Origin: Leucoraja ocellata
Lineage: Eukaryota
Direction: 5' to 3'
Length of the DNA stretch: 64,000 nucleotides
Assembly (NCBI GenBank): GCA_036785375.1
Contig: JAWMAR010000463.1
Coordinates: forward strand, 930,001 to 994,000
Made by a program: the position numbers and the translations under genes. This document shows positions 26,209 through 40,479 of this stretch, piece by piece (the first letter of the stretch is position 1; every line of letters starts with the position of its first letter). The notes below the pieces were generated by a model. That model searched no databases and had not been told where the DNA came from. It was given only the letters and a program-made list of their open reading frames with translations.

Positions 26209-26275
26209 TACTTTCCCATTTAAATTAATATTATAGGAATTAATCTCTACTTTCCCATTTAAATTAATATTATAG
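26209..26275 (+). repeat. 28-bp perfect direct repeat with 11-bp spacer
   Basis: TACTTTCCCATTTAAATTAATATTATAG at 26209-26236 and 26248-26275. Confidence 0.9.
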
Positions 26276-26317
26276 TTTAGTAATATGTGCTTATCTATCC
26301 AGTATTGTCTCTGTTTT

Positions 26318-26380
26318 ATGTGTGTGTGTGTGTGTATAATATATGTATGTATGTGTGTGTGTATATATATATATATGTAT
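26318..26380. repeat. Compound (TG)n/(TA)n microsatellite
   Basis: Seen directly. Confidence 0.9.
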
Positions 26381-27064
26381 TTTTATAATTCTTGATGCTT
26401 TGTACTGAGGAATTTTCTACTTGGATGTCTCGTGAGTTTGGAACTTCCTCCAGTCAGACATATCACTACAATGTGTTTAAAAATACATAATTTTCCTATT
26501 TATCAGCTACCTTTAGAGTAGAACTTATATTGTGATCCAGAAATACCTCTAGTTGGAGATGTTATCAAATTATTTTTCAGTTGACAGCTTCTTCATCTTG
26601 CTGGAAAAGATAAACTTCATCTCTATTAAAGCCATGCCTTGGAGATAAAAGAGCAGGGCACACATAGCTGATTCATTCCCTTTCTTCTTTGTGTCCAAAA
26701 CTTAAATGTTATACTTCATTTGTTACTGGATTCAAGATATCTTCATAAAGCTGGAAATAGTTTCCCAATAAATGTTAAGTTTAAATTGAGATTTATGTAG
26801 TCTGTTTACATTTCAAAGGCTAATTTATTGTTTATGTATGTTATTCATTTTATCATGTTTTGAATGAGACTTGTTCATATTCCAGGTTTGAAGTTACTTG
26901 TTAACTGGTAGGCATATCCCCACCTATTGGTATTGTAGGTGAGATAAATTACCTTGCAGCGATCCTGATTATTTATTCAGTGACCTTTGGAAAATACTTA
27001 GGGCTGTTAAATATGGGAAGGAATAAGATGAACTGTATTTATCCTACTGACCTTTAGAGTTGTA

Positions 27065-27395
27065 GAGAGAGGGCAGTATTGAAACAGCCAGCCTAGCTCG
27101 TGTTCATCTATCATCCATTTACACTTTTTCTACACTAATCCCATTTTTAAGTTCTCCCCATGTTCTCATCTACTTCCCCTAGATTCTACCAGGCAGCCTA
27201 CACATGAGGGGAAATTTATACTGGCTAGATAATCTACCAACCTGCAGGTCTCTGGGATGTGGGATGAAACCAGAGGGCCTGCTGGAAAGGTCTGCAGTCA
27301 TGGAGAATGTGTAAATTCCTCATAGGCAGCACCCAAAATCAGAACTGTTCCTGGCTCTCCAGTGGCTCTACCAATGACACCAGGTTACTGCCCAT
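27065..27395 (-). mobile_element. Old V-SINE
   Basis: Degenerate reverse V-domain (tctctgggatgtgggatgaaaccagag). Confidence 0.55.
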
Positions 27396-27679
27396 TATCT
27401 TGATTGTTGTGCAATGATTTTGTTTGAATTTGCTTGTGTGGCCACAGGATTAAGTTTGGCTGTGTTTTCCACATCGCAGCTAAGATCAATGCTGCCACTT
27501 GCTGTATAGGTTCACATAGACAAAATTAAGGTACTGGAGAATTACTGCCGTGTAAAACTCAGTGCCTTCATGAACACAGTGGAAAATCATTGACTGAAAA
27601 AAACCATGATCCGTTATGAAAGCAGTGAACAGAAATATGTCAGAGGATTGTATATATTGTTTAAGAATTTGCTTTAGTT

Positions 27680-27932
27680 TTGCTTAGTTTGGAGATGCAG
27701 CATGGAAACGGGCTCTTCAGCCCACCTAGTCCACGCCAAACATCGATCACCCATTCACACAAGCTCTATATTATCCCACTTTCTCATCCACTCCTGACAC
27801 ATATATAGGGCAATTTTACAGAGATTAATTAACCTACAAACGCGTACGTCTTTTGGATGTGGAAGGAAACGAGCCCCTGAGAAAACTTAAGTGGTCACAG
27901 GGAGAACATTGCAAACTCCACACAGATGGCAT
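27680..27932 (-). mobile_element. V-SINE, 5' truncated
   Basis: attaacctacaaacgcgtacgtcttttggatgtggaaggaaac...ggtcacagggagaacattgcaaactccacacag. Confidence 0.7.
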
Positions 27933-30658
27933 TAGTATAATGGGATAGGAGGAAAAGAGAATTCCAAAGAAAGGTTATCAGCCCAAAGCGTTATATCTGC
28001 TACTCTTTCCACAGATGCTGCTCGGTTTGCTGAGTATTTCCAGCATTTTCTGTTTTTATTTCAGGTTTTTGTTCTGTAATTTTTTTACATTATGATTACT
28101 ATATTAGATTCCTTTTGTTAAAGGAGATACCAGGTTAACAAAAAATAAAATCATAGATGAACATTATTATACATTTTCTCAAAATTAGTTACATATATGG
28201 ATAGGAATAACATAAATCATACATTTAGTCAGAAAAGCCTTCTTAAACATTTATTGTACTTTTGTATGAGCATTGATGTTACCAAACTAATCGTGAACCC
28301 ATGCTGTGATCTAGTCTTATTGAAGGTTATTTAGGTTTTGCTGAATCCAAGATAAAGCGTAGTACAAAGGGGCAATTTCTCACCCCCCATTAAGCATTTG
28401 GCAGCTGGTAATTTGCAGATGCTATATCAGTTATAAAGCATTAAATTACATGAGATGGATATTTAAAAAGGTTACAAATTAAGCATCTACAATGACACAA
28501 ATGAGGAAGTAGCTGATGAAAAGTTGAGGTAAATTCACAAAGCGTTAGTTGCCTTAAAATAATGAAGCATTGGGTGCTAATTGTGGATTACTGTTATGTA
28601 TAGATTTATTTCCCTGGATTAATAATCTTTTTGTTTGATGTTGAAGATTTTATAAAACTTTGTCTTTTTTCATCCCCATTTGTACAAGGACTTTGTAGAC
28701 AGTGCTTTCTTCTGGACTAAAATAAAATAGCAGATTATAGCATCTGTCAGTTGAGTTTGATCCTGAGCTTTGCCAAGCGACTTGCATTAAACTGGACGGC
28801 AGTAAAGTGGCAACTATTAGGCTTCTCTCGCCAAGGCTGGAGCTTAGTAGGTTGTAGCAACTTCTTGGGCATGGACAGCAAGCAAGGACAAGGTTGGCAT
28901 TGCAAAAACAAATGAAATCTGACCGTGGGAATATTTTAACTGCTTCAATGGTATGAAAACTTCTTGGACATCATAGCATGATGGAATTCTGCCTTTAGAA
29001 TTGATTCTTTTTTTTTTGGCCAATTTTTTAGTCAATAATCAATAAATTGTGAAATATTAAATTTTGTTTGCAAGTTCAGGTTGCAACATGGAACTAGCAG
29101 CACTGTGAAATGGGTACTTGGTCTAGTGAGTCTGTGACTGTGAATATTCCATGTGCGCTTCCTGCCGCCTTGCTTCATCAAATCGAACAATATTAGCTAT
29201 TCCCATCCCATCCAGTACTTGGCTTTCTCCAAAGTACTTTTATGCTATTCCACTCAACAGCTAACTTGATAGCAAGTTGGGCAAAGGAAGTTTTTCTGAA
29301 AATTGTTAGATTTACCAATGACTATCATGTCTCTAGAGTTCATGTTTTGATGTTGCCTGACATGCAAAAAGAGCTCCTGTACATAATGAATACACTGTTT
29401 CAGACTCAAAAGTCTGATAAGCTGATCCCTCAGCATTTTTCTTAATACAATCAACCAGTCTCTTCAGTTTTTCTTGATAGTATTGGCCTCCCAGATTTAG
29501 CACCATCCATGTACATGTTTTTTTGGTTTTTTTTGCCCAGTTCTCCATATGCTGTTTGTCCAGGAGCTGGGCGTGGCTACTAAAAATGATATTGTAGGAG
29601 TTTAGTTTCACCTCTTGTAGCTCTTCTGTGTACACTTTATATTTTTTATATCTGGAAATTGTGTGGAGTTTGGCGTCTAAGGCTATTGGAGAAACTGTTG
29701 GCTGATCTTTTTGATCAGGATTCTGCCTCTTCACAGTCCACAGAAGGAGTCATGGAGTGCATGTGTTGACCACGGTTTGTTGGTAGGAGTCTGACCTCTT
29801 GAGTCAATAAATTGTGGCTTTTTAAAAATGAAAACCTTCCCTCCCCTCTTTTAAATCCTGCAATATTGTTTATTTGTTTTTTTTTATAGAAGCCTTAGAC
29901 AGGGCCCATGATGTTTTCATTGGTTTAAGATGTCACTTGATGCTTCATGGAGCTGTCAAAGCAGGTTGATTCTGCATTTGATCTCAGCCTGGTCTATAGC
30001 AAGATGGTTATCTCACCTAAAGATGCAGTAGAAGTGCTGAACACAGTTTCCTTTCTTTAATCCAGGAAGGAAGGAAATCAGATTTCACATACTTACCACC
30101 CACTCACTGTCAGACATTAGGAAATGGCAGTGCATGAACATGGATGAGGATGGGCTTGCACTTGGCAGAGATATCCACCTCCTCTGTGGTTGAGTAACTG
30201 GCTTGAATGTAAAGAATAACCACTTGATTGAAGTCCAAGAGACGACTTTAAACATTTAGAGAGGTTGTGGTTTGTTGTGTAAAAGATAGCATAATTATCA
30301 AGAATAATTACATACATTTGGTATGAATGGGAGATGAGGTATGGAAAACAAAATGGTGGGAATACTCAGCAGGTTTCGCAATATCTGTGAAGAGAGAAAC
30401 AGTTCACTTTTCAAGTTGTTAATTGTTTCCCATAAATACTGACGGACCAGATGAGCACAAAACTAAAACAGAAAATGCTGGAAATATTCAGCAGGTCAGG
30501 CTGCATCTGTGGGAAGGGAAACCGATCCACAAATGTGGCCAGCTCTGCTGACTATTTCCAGCATTTTCTGCTCTTTTAGATTTTCAGCATCTGTAGTGTT
30601 TTTTTTCCTAGACTTCTGAGCATTTCGACAACGCTGTACCCATTTGTTATTTAGTTTG

Positions 30659-30757
30659 GAGGTAGACAAAAATGCTGGAGAAACTAAGCGGGTGAGGCAG
30701 CATCTATGGAGCGAAGGAAATAGGCAACGTTTCGGGCCAAAACCCTTCTTCAGACTG
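30659..30757 (-). mobile_element. Penelope-type terminal repeat with minimal hammerhead-like core
   Basis: Reverse complement reads cagt CTGAAGA a GGGTT tt GGCCC GAAA cgtt gcctatttccttcgctccatagatgctgcc. Confidence 0.7.
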
Positions 30758-32094
30758 ATTATTTATTATATGATCGGACTGTTATTTAGTTTGTCTAGTT
30801 TCTCCACTCCACCCCTCGCCCCTTCCATTCTACACTGAAAGCTTTGAAGAGTGTTCATGGGATATTGCAGCACACTATGTTATGTTACACAAAACGAGTA
30901 AATATCCATTGCTCTGCAGCACCATCTGGTGTTTGCCTGAATATTCATTCTTCACTATACTTCCATAGTATCTATTTGTTATTACTGTGCACAAAAGCAG
31001 AGAAGATCCCCTGTGTTATCCAGCAAAATCAAATTGGTCCAAAATCAAATCAAAACAAGGTTGTCAAATCCTTCATGATTGTGAATATCTGTGCCACATC
31101 TGTTCTCACCTTTCTCGGTTGTAAGGGGAACCATTTTAGCTCTGCCACCTCCACAAAAATAAAATCTCTCATTCCTGCTATCATTGTGATAAATCACATC
31201 AACACTTTCACTGAGGCCTAGACAATCGTAAAGGACAGTGACAGGAAGTTAATATGATGATCCATGAGATCTCAGAGTGGTTTGTCAAGGTTCAGCATGA
31301 CTTTATATTCGTAATAAAGACAGCATAAAATTTGGCTTCCCGGAATATCCTGCCACCTTCAAATATCCCAGATTCTTGTGTTCCTGCCCACGGGTCAAGA
31401 TTGTGCCTTTGATTGTGTTTTGATAGTCTTTTCAAAGCATGTCACAGCACTTATTTGTGTCAAATAACTACACTTTGATTTGTGTTGTTCTGAACTCTTG
31501 CAATCATCTCATTGCTTGCCATATTTTCAATCTTAGTGTTAGCTATCACTAATGAGCTGATTTAGTGCATTCAGAGGTACTCACACTATCTCTGTCCTCC
31601 CTTATCCAAGTGACCCTGTGTGATCAGCAACTGTGGTGGTTTTTTGGAAAATTAGCTCACGCAGTTTAGTACTGGAACTAACTCTGGCTGAATACTGATC
31701 CCTATTTATATTGGCAGGCTGACTTTCTGGTGTTTTGATCTCTCTAGTACTTGGTCTGGATAGGTACTGACTGTAAGGGATATTGTTCCCTGCCGTTTCT
31801 GGCAGGAGATCTGATTGTTTTGTATAACTGGTTCTTCGTGTGGGTATATTGGCGCATTACCATCGATCGCCCAATCTTGTTACTAGCTCAAAATCTGTTC
31901 CTGTCATCTTCCTTTTGGTACCGTGTAGAAGGTGCAGAAATGTTGCAGCAGCAAATTTCACAGTTGATATTTGTGGTGCTTCATTTGCACACTTGGCAGT
32001 CAGACAATTGTAACATTTTCAAGTTGTTTTACAGTGTGTCAAGACCTTTGAGTGTATTTCCTCCTTGTGTTCTAGGTTACTTCATTTTACCAAA

Positions 32095-32570
32095 CTATCC
32101 CTTGGCCTAACTCATCCATGCCGACTAAGATACCCATCTACATTAGTCCCATTTGCCTGCGTTTCACCCATATCCCTCTTAAACCAAATCCTATCCATGT
32201 ACCTTGTACCAATGTATTTCTAAATGTTTCTATGTACCTGCCTCAATCACTTCCTCTGGTAACTTATTCAACATGCGTACCGCCCTCAATGTGGGAAAAA
32301 AACTCCCCATTTGTTTTCTATTAAAGCTTCCCCCTCTCACCTGAAACCTACACCCGCTAGGTCTTGATTCACCAACCCTGGTAAAAAGACTGTACCTTCA
32401 CCCCATTTTTGCCCCTCATGATACTTTTATTCCTGTATAAGGTCACTACTCAATCTCCTAAACTCCAAGAAATAAAGTTTCAGCCTGCCTAATTTTTCCC
32501 TATAACTCAAACCCTCAAGTCATGGCTACATCATTGTAAATCTCTGCTCCACTCATTCCAGCTTAATTCC
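32095..32570 (-). mobile_element. CR1-type LINE 3' fragment
   Basis: Reverse complement of the CR1 tail seen at 3595-3870. Confidence 0.8.
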
Positions 32571-35500
32571 TGTTGTTTCCAAATGTATTGAATGATACCA
32601 GCTTTAATATCTTTCAAGATGATGTGTAGTGTGATTTGCTGAATCAATGCAAAATAACAAAAATAAGTCCAAGGGGTAAGAATATGGCTAGCCAATCACA
32701 GTCTCTTAATAACTGCATAACCATTTTGCGTGAGTATTGTTTTTACTTTTTTTCTAAAATGGGAAAACCAATATTGCAACAGATTCAATGAAAATTAGCA
32801 ACACATCAAATCTGCACTTCTTTATTTACTGTGGCATATAAAGAGAAATAAATTAGTTTAGAATTAAATAGTTAATGAAGTCTATTGTTAAAAGTAGAAT
32901 TTCGTGGGACTTTAATTTGTCAGAACCAAGTTGTTCACAGGTCAAGGTTCAATGGGTTTTCCTGAATGTACTTGTCACTCGGATCTGCTGTTTAACAAAT
33001 GTGTATGTCCATTATAGTGACGATCATCAAATAGTATTACAGAAAAAAAAGGATATTGGATTTTTTGATAGAATTTTTTGAAAAAGCTAACCAGATTTGT
33101 ATGAAAGTCTTACATGGAGAATAGTTTAGATGTACTGAACACAGCCACCAACACTTCACTCCCTCTCCCTCCCCTTATCCTTGAATCTCCTATCTTCTAC
33201 TACAGCATCAGAAAATGTGTTGCCTGATACTACATTAGTTGGTACTGCACGACTAGCTTAGTTTGTTCATTGAACCCAGAGAATCCACTTTGGCCATTGG
33301 TTTAAGCAATGCTATTTCTTGGATCGTTAGCTGGTATAGAGATAAGGCTTTGATATCTTTGATATGATGTACCATGTTTGGTACCATATTGGATATTGGA
33401 CATTTATAATAAAATGACCTTGCACAACTGGTTTGGTTCGTTGTTGATACAGCATTGCTGTGACTTGTTTCACTGGTTAGTATTCTGTTATTCATTGGCA
33501 GTTACAATTGGCACAAATTAGATCATTGGGTGGACCCAATGGCTCAGTTCATGGGTTGGTATTGATTTGCCCCACATTATCTCCTTCATTCTGGATCATT
33601 GTTTGGTCTTCCATTGCCAACTTAAATTATTGGTCGGTACACAGTTACCAGCTTGGCCTGGTAGCAACTTCTCGGTAGGATAAAAAGTGTCAAGAAACGT
33701 TACTTGGGGAATATGAATCACTCAGTCTAAGTTTTATTGAATGACCCAGGAGCATGTGCTCCATTTATGATATAATTATAAGGTTCATTAAAGGCTGTGT
33801 CCAACCTGCTGAATTCTCCTTGTTGGCACAGATGGCCAAATTTGTGTACGTTTCCCACTCTCCCGTGGATTGCTCACAATGTCAACGTGAAATCTGTGCA
33901 ACAAATATTTGTTGTAAGTCCTCTGTCGACCATTGAGGGTCCCTACAAAAGAAATTCTGAACCAGTTGGAAGTTTATTTCGAGGAGGCTGTCAACAGCAC
34001 CTTGGCGTACTCCAGAAGAGACTGTGTCTGTGCTCAGCAACACTAATGAAAATGTTGATGGCAAGCATGTCATTGGAGGCAGCATTGTACAATGAGCAGG
34101 GTACAGATCTCTTCTGATACACCAATGGACTATTCACTCCTCACAACCAAGTGATTGGATTGCCTGTTCAGCACAAGTATTTCATTTTTCTTTTGACACT
34201 CTGTCTCAGCCCCTTAATTTTCTGCCCCTCAATAGCCTGCCTTCTCTTTCAGGGTGGCGGGTGGGATTGTCCTTTTGATGTCATACAGTTTACCAGAGCA
34301 AGCAAATAATAGTCTGGGGTCCTACGTCACTACTTCCATTAAATCTGATACCTTTAAATGCTTCACAGCCAAAAGCTCCAAGAATGATTTGCCTCATCTC
34401 AGAGTGAGATAAGAGAACATCTACTTGGCAGTCACCAAAGCTACAGGACATCACAATAGACAATTAAAACTATATTTGAAGGCTACTATACTGCAAAGTG
34501 CAGGAGCAGTGGATGGCTCTGGTACCAAAAGGTAAAGTGGTACATTGCTTATGTAAACTGGGAGTGTTTTACTTCAAATGCTTTTGACAAAGGAAAAAGT
34601 GCTTTAATGCACTAAAGCTCATTAATTCTTAACATGTACAGTAATTAGTAGTCGGATGGGAAGGCACAGGCATTTGAGTACGAGATGTTTGAATCATTTT
34701 ATATGCTATATCTGAACCCTTCACTTTGTTAAACCTTAAACTGCTTGCTTCCTGGGCTCCACTTGTGATGTGTGCAGGTTTAGTAGAACTTTGTAAATCT
34801 CCCAGGTGCGTGCTTCAAGTCTCCATGCAAACAAATGTGTTATGTTGATCATGTGATTGCTTAGAAATTTATTAACTCTTTTGTGGGTTGTTCTACTATG
34901 TACAGACCCTGATGATTGCAAAGCTACTTGAGAGACAAGCCTTTGTTTTGGTCTATAATGGCTTATAAACAGTAGAAACCTGAAGTAGATGATGTAATGT
35001 AAACTGTTGAATATTTTTATACTGTGGATGTTGGGGAAAAGGAGAGTAATGAAGTCAGATGGTAGTGTTCATGACCTCCTGAGAAATTACCTTTAGTTTG
35101 TTTCCATGTAATTAAAAGCAACTTTTTAAACATGTTTAATAATTGTCTGTGTCTTAATTATTTAACTATCTTAAAATGCTGTAGTAGTGGAATATTTTGT
35201 ATATCCCACAGTTGAGACCAGTCCAGAAGCCCTCATTCACATCTGTAGATTTGGCAGCTCTCGTACTTGGATAACCTATTGATCCTCTAGTTCGATTAAT
35301 ATGAGTTATCCTTTAGACAGTGTGTATCTACAGTGCATTATGATTCTATGATAGTTTCTATGATTGATTATTAGTAATTTTTGTGTTTTGGGTCCACTGA
35401 CTCCAGCTGCTGTCCGCAACTGAATTGTCGGCCCTGTGCAGTGTTTGAGTCAGGATGACAGCAATGTATAACGAGGCATGTAGATATTCTTCACTTTAAC

Positions 35501-37754
35501 TGAAGGCACCCCTCAATACAAATCACTGAATTTTCCTTTTTCAGGCTGGGCAGTGTCCAGGGAAAGAATTGCAATTTGTCACACTCTAGGGCAGCCTGCA
35601 TAGTCTAGGTGGGCCATGCTGTTACAGCAAGTTGCCAGTTTCAGGAGTGCACGGACACTTTTGTAAGTATTTGATAAATGTTATGTTGTCTGTTATGAGG
35701 AATGTGCTTGCTAAATCCTATAGACCTATCAGGACTGGAGGTTATGTGGTAGTTGAGATGGAGGTGTTTGTAGGTGGTGGCTTTGTGACCTTGTGTTCTA
35801 GCCCCCAGTCAGGCCAATGGGCTGGTGCAGGGCACAACGTGTTGCAGTTACTCGCTTTGGCCCGTGGGCAGATGTCACTCGAGCATAACCTTCAGAATCT
35901 CGTCACTTTGGTTCTCCCATCTTCCTGCATCCTAGATATGTAACCCTTGTTCCAGCACCATAGCAAAGCCCTGGTTAATTTGTCTGGATAACAACATGTA
36001 TACTGTGCTTTCCATAGCAACAGATCATAAACTGCAAACACCGTTCACGTTGCTGGAGACTGCAACATAACTGAGATTTTTTTTGGCAGCACATTAAACC
36101 AAGCATTTCTGCAGCAATTGAGTATCTCCAGTCTTCTCCACACATGCAGTTTCCTCCCCTGACCGAAAGCTCCATGTGCTGTAACTCTGTGGCAGAGGCC
36201 CATGGTAAGCGTACTTCATGTCAGTTAGCATCATCGGAGGATTGTGAATTTTCTTAATTGCTGGAAGGATAATAGAATTGATTGAATTGCCCTATTTTGT
36301 AGCAATTCAATTAATCAAAGATCATCATTTCAATCATTTTTTTGGGATCATTAACGGAGAGGGAATCTGATGGCTCCATCAGCAACAGTGTCCCAGTCAG
36401 TGCCTAAATGCTTAGACGCAGTAGCAGCTGTTTCTTATTTAGGCCAATAATGTTTTGATCATCTTTTCATTGTAGCACTTACCATGGTGCTGCAGTGATG
36501 ATATTCCCTGTTGATTGACCTTGGTAAATAAGGACAGAGCAGGCATGTATGTTAAATTATGCTACGATTACTGTGTTTGCTATTCCATCCTTTGACCACT
36601 GGCATCGCCCGTCTACTGTGATAAATCACCCCAGTCTGTTTGTGCGTTGGTTGGGTGTACGCCTTGTAGGTCATTTGTTAAGTTTATGTTGAGCTTCTCG
36701 TATTGTACGGTTAATGATGACTGGGCAAAGTATCCAATTCTCCCTCCTTCCAGGGACAACACAACCAAGAACACCCACTTTCATACAGCAAAGCCACAAT
36801 ATTCAAACAGCACAAAGCCACCAGTATATGATAGACACGGAGTAGTACACAGCCTATTATGGGGCTGTTGCTGGGTTGACATGATAGAATCCTTGGGCCA
36901 CCTAAGAGATGGATACGCCAATGATTAATGATCGAGAAGATGATATTGAATAGCTTCTCAAGCAGTTCAGAGAAAATTAAATTTGTGTAATTTCCTTTTT
37001 CTCTCCTGCCTCCCACGTTTTCTGGGTTTGTTTGATAACTTAGTCTGCTGAAATAGAGCTGGCCGCAAGAGTGTTTTAGCTATAAATATATAAGGAGTAG
37101 AAATAATCTGATGACACTGTAATTCTGCATAAGAAAAATGTACCTCGTTTCTCTTTTGTGAAGCTACAATGATGATTATGTGGCGACAATACATAAGTGA
37201 TACAGAGCTGTTACCATGTGCCTTCAATGGGATACTTGTAATGTTGATTGGAGTACAGTTTATATACAAGAATCTGTTTAGACTAGGTTTGTTTTTGTAT
37301 CATATATTCCAGACATTCTGAATTGGATTTTAAAACTAGCAGTGTTATGCTGATCATCTCTTACTAAACTAGAAGTGTTTTTTTTTTTGCATTTTGTAAA
37401 ATGACTGAGTACATACCAGTCCCACAGGCATGTGTTTTTTGTACTAGCAAGTTATATTCCCTGTATTGTGTACTTACAGGATGGATGTAATATGACTTAT
37501 TAATAAATGTCTAGAACAAATGCAAAGTGTTTATTTATTCTCCCAATGGGGCAAAATTGGTGTTGCACAATTGTGCCATTTTTCTTTGACAAATCCCTGT
37601 ACTCTAATCATGTTTCTGCTTTACCTCTGTCCCTGTTCTCAATTATCACCAGTTTGTTTGCTCTCTTTTCCCTTGATCAGATGCATGTTGGATTGCTAGA
37701 GGGAGTGAGACAATACATGCAGTGTGGGGTTGGTCCACACTGTTCTACAGCCTA

Positions 37755-38111
37755 CGCATAGTCAATCCTGGGACAGAGCCTTCTCCAGGGCAGCTCCCAG
37801 GCTCTGGAACTCCCTCCCCCAAGTGATCCGCAATTCCGTGTCCCGCACCATCTTCCAGTCCCGCCTCAAGACCCATCTCTTCACCTCTGCCTATCCTTAG
37901 CCCCACGTCCCCCTCCCTTTTCATCTGTGCATTAATTGCCTCATATTGTGTTTTGAATTGAATTGTGTCTTTACTTTGTGTACTAGTCATGTCTCTACTA
38001 TTTATTTCATTCCTCTTACATGTTTTTCCTCTACCTGCTAAATTTTTGTAAGGTGTCCTTGAGACTCTTGAAAGGCGCCCATAAATAAAATGTATTATTA
38101 TTATTATTATT
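37755..38111 (+). mobile_element. L2-type LINE 3' end with (TTA)n tail
   Basis: DRAFSRAAPRLWNSLP...FQSRLKTHLF motif, then tgtaaggtgtccttgag...aaaggcgcccataaataaaatg(tat)n. Confidence 0.85.
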
Positions 38112-38599
38112 AATCCTGTACCATTTGTGCCAATGTTCTGTCAGCGTCCAGTGTCCCTTAGCCTCAATCCAGTTTATTTGCCTCAAATAGTCACCATTGC
38201 CTCACAAACATTGTGACCTTGTTCCCTTTCCTTCAATTATCCTTGCCTCCCTTCTTAATAGCTGTCTTGCCCTTGGCGCTTCCTGGAGCCAATGAATGGA
38301 CTCAACTTTTGGGTCGGCGTTGGTGCTTCCTTGAGTCAATCCTTCCCACATGGGGGGAGGGGGGCAAAAATCTCACTCTCTCCTTACTCCCCATTAAGCT
38401 GCTGATCCCATTGTCTCTCTGTCACCTCTCCCTCCCTCTCCTTTTCCCTACCCTCAGTCACTCCCTCCCTCACCTCTCCCCTTTCGCACTCCCCACTAAA
38501 GACAAAGTTTAAATAACATTTCTCCTCCCATCCCCCGCTCTGTCAACTCTCATAGCTTCTGTATTGGCAGCAGAGATCACATTGTGATGTCGTTTTCGG

Positions 38600-38875
38600 T
38601 GTTCAGAATCTTCAATGGGGACCGCCGTGGGGGGCGGTGGGAGAACAAAGGGGGAGCCGGCCTGGGGAGCACTCTAGTTTAGAATGCAGGGGATAAGTCT
38701 GTGTTTGTTTGTTTGTTCATTTGTTCCAGTGAAGGCGCTCTGCACACAGCAGCCAGCCAACAGTTGCTAGTCTTTTTTCTTTTTCTTTTCAATTGTAATT
38801 TCAAGTTTTTGTGAACCTTGTGTGTTGTGACTGTCGGCAGACCAATTTCCCTCCAGGGATCATATGGTATCGTAA
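38600..38875 (+). mobile_element. Non-autonomous retroelement sharing the Rex1-like 3' tail
   Basis: Homologous to 47250-47577 and ends ggcagaccaatttccctccagggat..gtatcgta, like 10730-10782. Confidence 0.65.
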
Positions 38876-40479
38876 AATGAAATGACTAAGTCAATTCCAC
38901 AATACCTGACCGATTTTAATTTCCAAAGTAAGAGCTCGGGTAATTTCCACATCGATCTTCACCTCCTATCCTCACTCTCCTTTTTTATTCCAGGGCATTT
39001 GAAACATTTGTCAAATATTAACGGTGCAGCTGAACACTGGGCCAAGAGTTCAATTGCTCCCCTTGTTGAGTACCAATGGCCCTTTCTAATCATAGCACAA
39101 ACATCTCACAAAATGGGGTAAAAGTCCAGTTAAAAACACAAAGTCTTCCAAACATATCCTTTGTTAGATGTGAAATTTGAACTGCAAATAAAATATTAGC
39201 TTCCAGTGACGCAGATCAAGTGCAATTTGATTCGGTTTCCAATTGATTTAAGGGTCGGAAAGAATAGATGCCAATTATCTTATTTGATATGTGGTGTCAC
39301 TGATGCCCACGTCACTTTGTTTCTGATGTAAACGCAATGTTCTCATAGTCTGTGAGTTATGAAGTTATCCTCTCCTCCCTCATCAGTACACACTCAGCAA
39401 GCCCTTGTTTATTTCTGTTAATTTCTCAAAAATAATTTGGGAACAAATTGTACAGAAATAATTTACATGAGTTAAATGAAATTTAGTAATCGGAGCAAAT
39501 CCAACTTTCTGATAATTGACAAAATAATTTCAAGCATATTATTTATTATTCCAGCTATTCCTGTCAATATCTTTCCATCAGAGACTTTAATTAATTCGTT
39601 TAGTACATGGAAATTTTTCCCAGAGAAGCATAATGTTTCCCTTTATATTAATAACACTTTATTGGACCTTACAATTGGACTGCGTATGTCATTGGTAACA
39701 ATCTCCCCCCCCCCCCCCCCCCCCCACACATCAATTTTTGCATCTTCAGGGCAGTCCATCCTCTTTCACATGCACTGAATTGTTGGTGAAGTGTCAATGT
39801 ACAGACTACAGGAAGGTCTATCAGGCTGAGAAGAAGTTAAATAGCCAGTTAAGCTGCCTTGATGGTGCTCGGTCGACGGTTGACTATTAGCCAAGATATC
39901 AATTAACCCTTTTCAATGAATGCAATGGAATCTCTTAGCTTTACCTGAACAGCAATCAAATTAATTGGATGAATATTATTTGCAGCACAACTCTGATTAT
40001 CCATTGTACAGGAATCGGAAATACACTGGTTGGACATTTGACGCGCTCCCTTCCCACTAACCAGGGCTCTGGTTCTTGACCTCACTTCCCACTGGCTGGG
40101 TCTTCACTTCCCCTGCATGCTTTCCACCCCCAGAGTCCAATTCCCACCCTCACTTTAAATTTACCTGATTACGCAGTAATTGTTCTGAACAAAAATGTTT
40201 TTCAACGTTTTTTTGAGGTATTAATATAAATTATATCCAATTAATCGGGCAATCGGCAAGTCCAGCAGAATGAAGGTTCCTTGTATGACAGATTATCACA
40301 GTTTTTATGCATACTGATCCTGGTACATCCACCCTACTGCTGCACAAACTCTACATGTTTATATTAATTGTATTAACTGCTCTGGAAATATCTTAATACA
40401 ATCCCCTCTCTAATGTTTTGGGTTCTAGCACCTCTTTCCATTGGCTTCTGCTTTCCACACCTTCAACATAAAATACTTG

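Noticed and set aside
39704-39725. Poly-C run (and poly-G at about 6533-6580)
   Set aside because: Simple homopolymers with unreliable length and no evidence of function.
28844-39778. Numerous 60-130-aa ORFs between PATZ1 and the gap
   Set aside because: Random-composition translations, many from non-ATG starts, with no motif or exon structure I can recognise.
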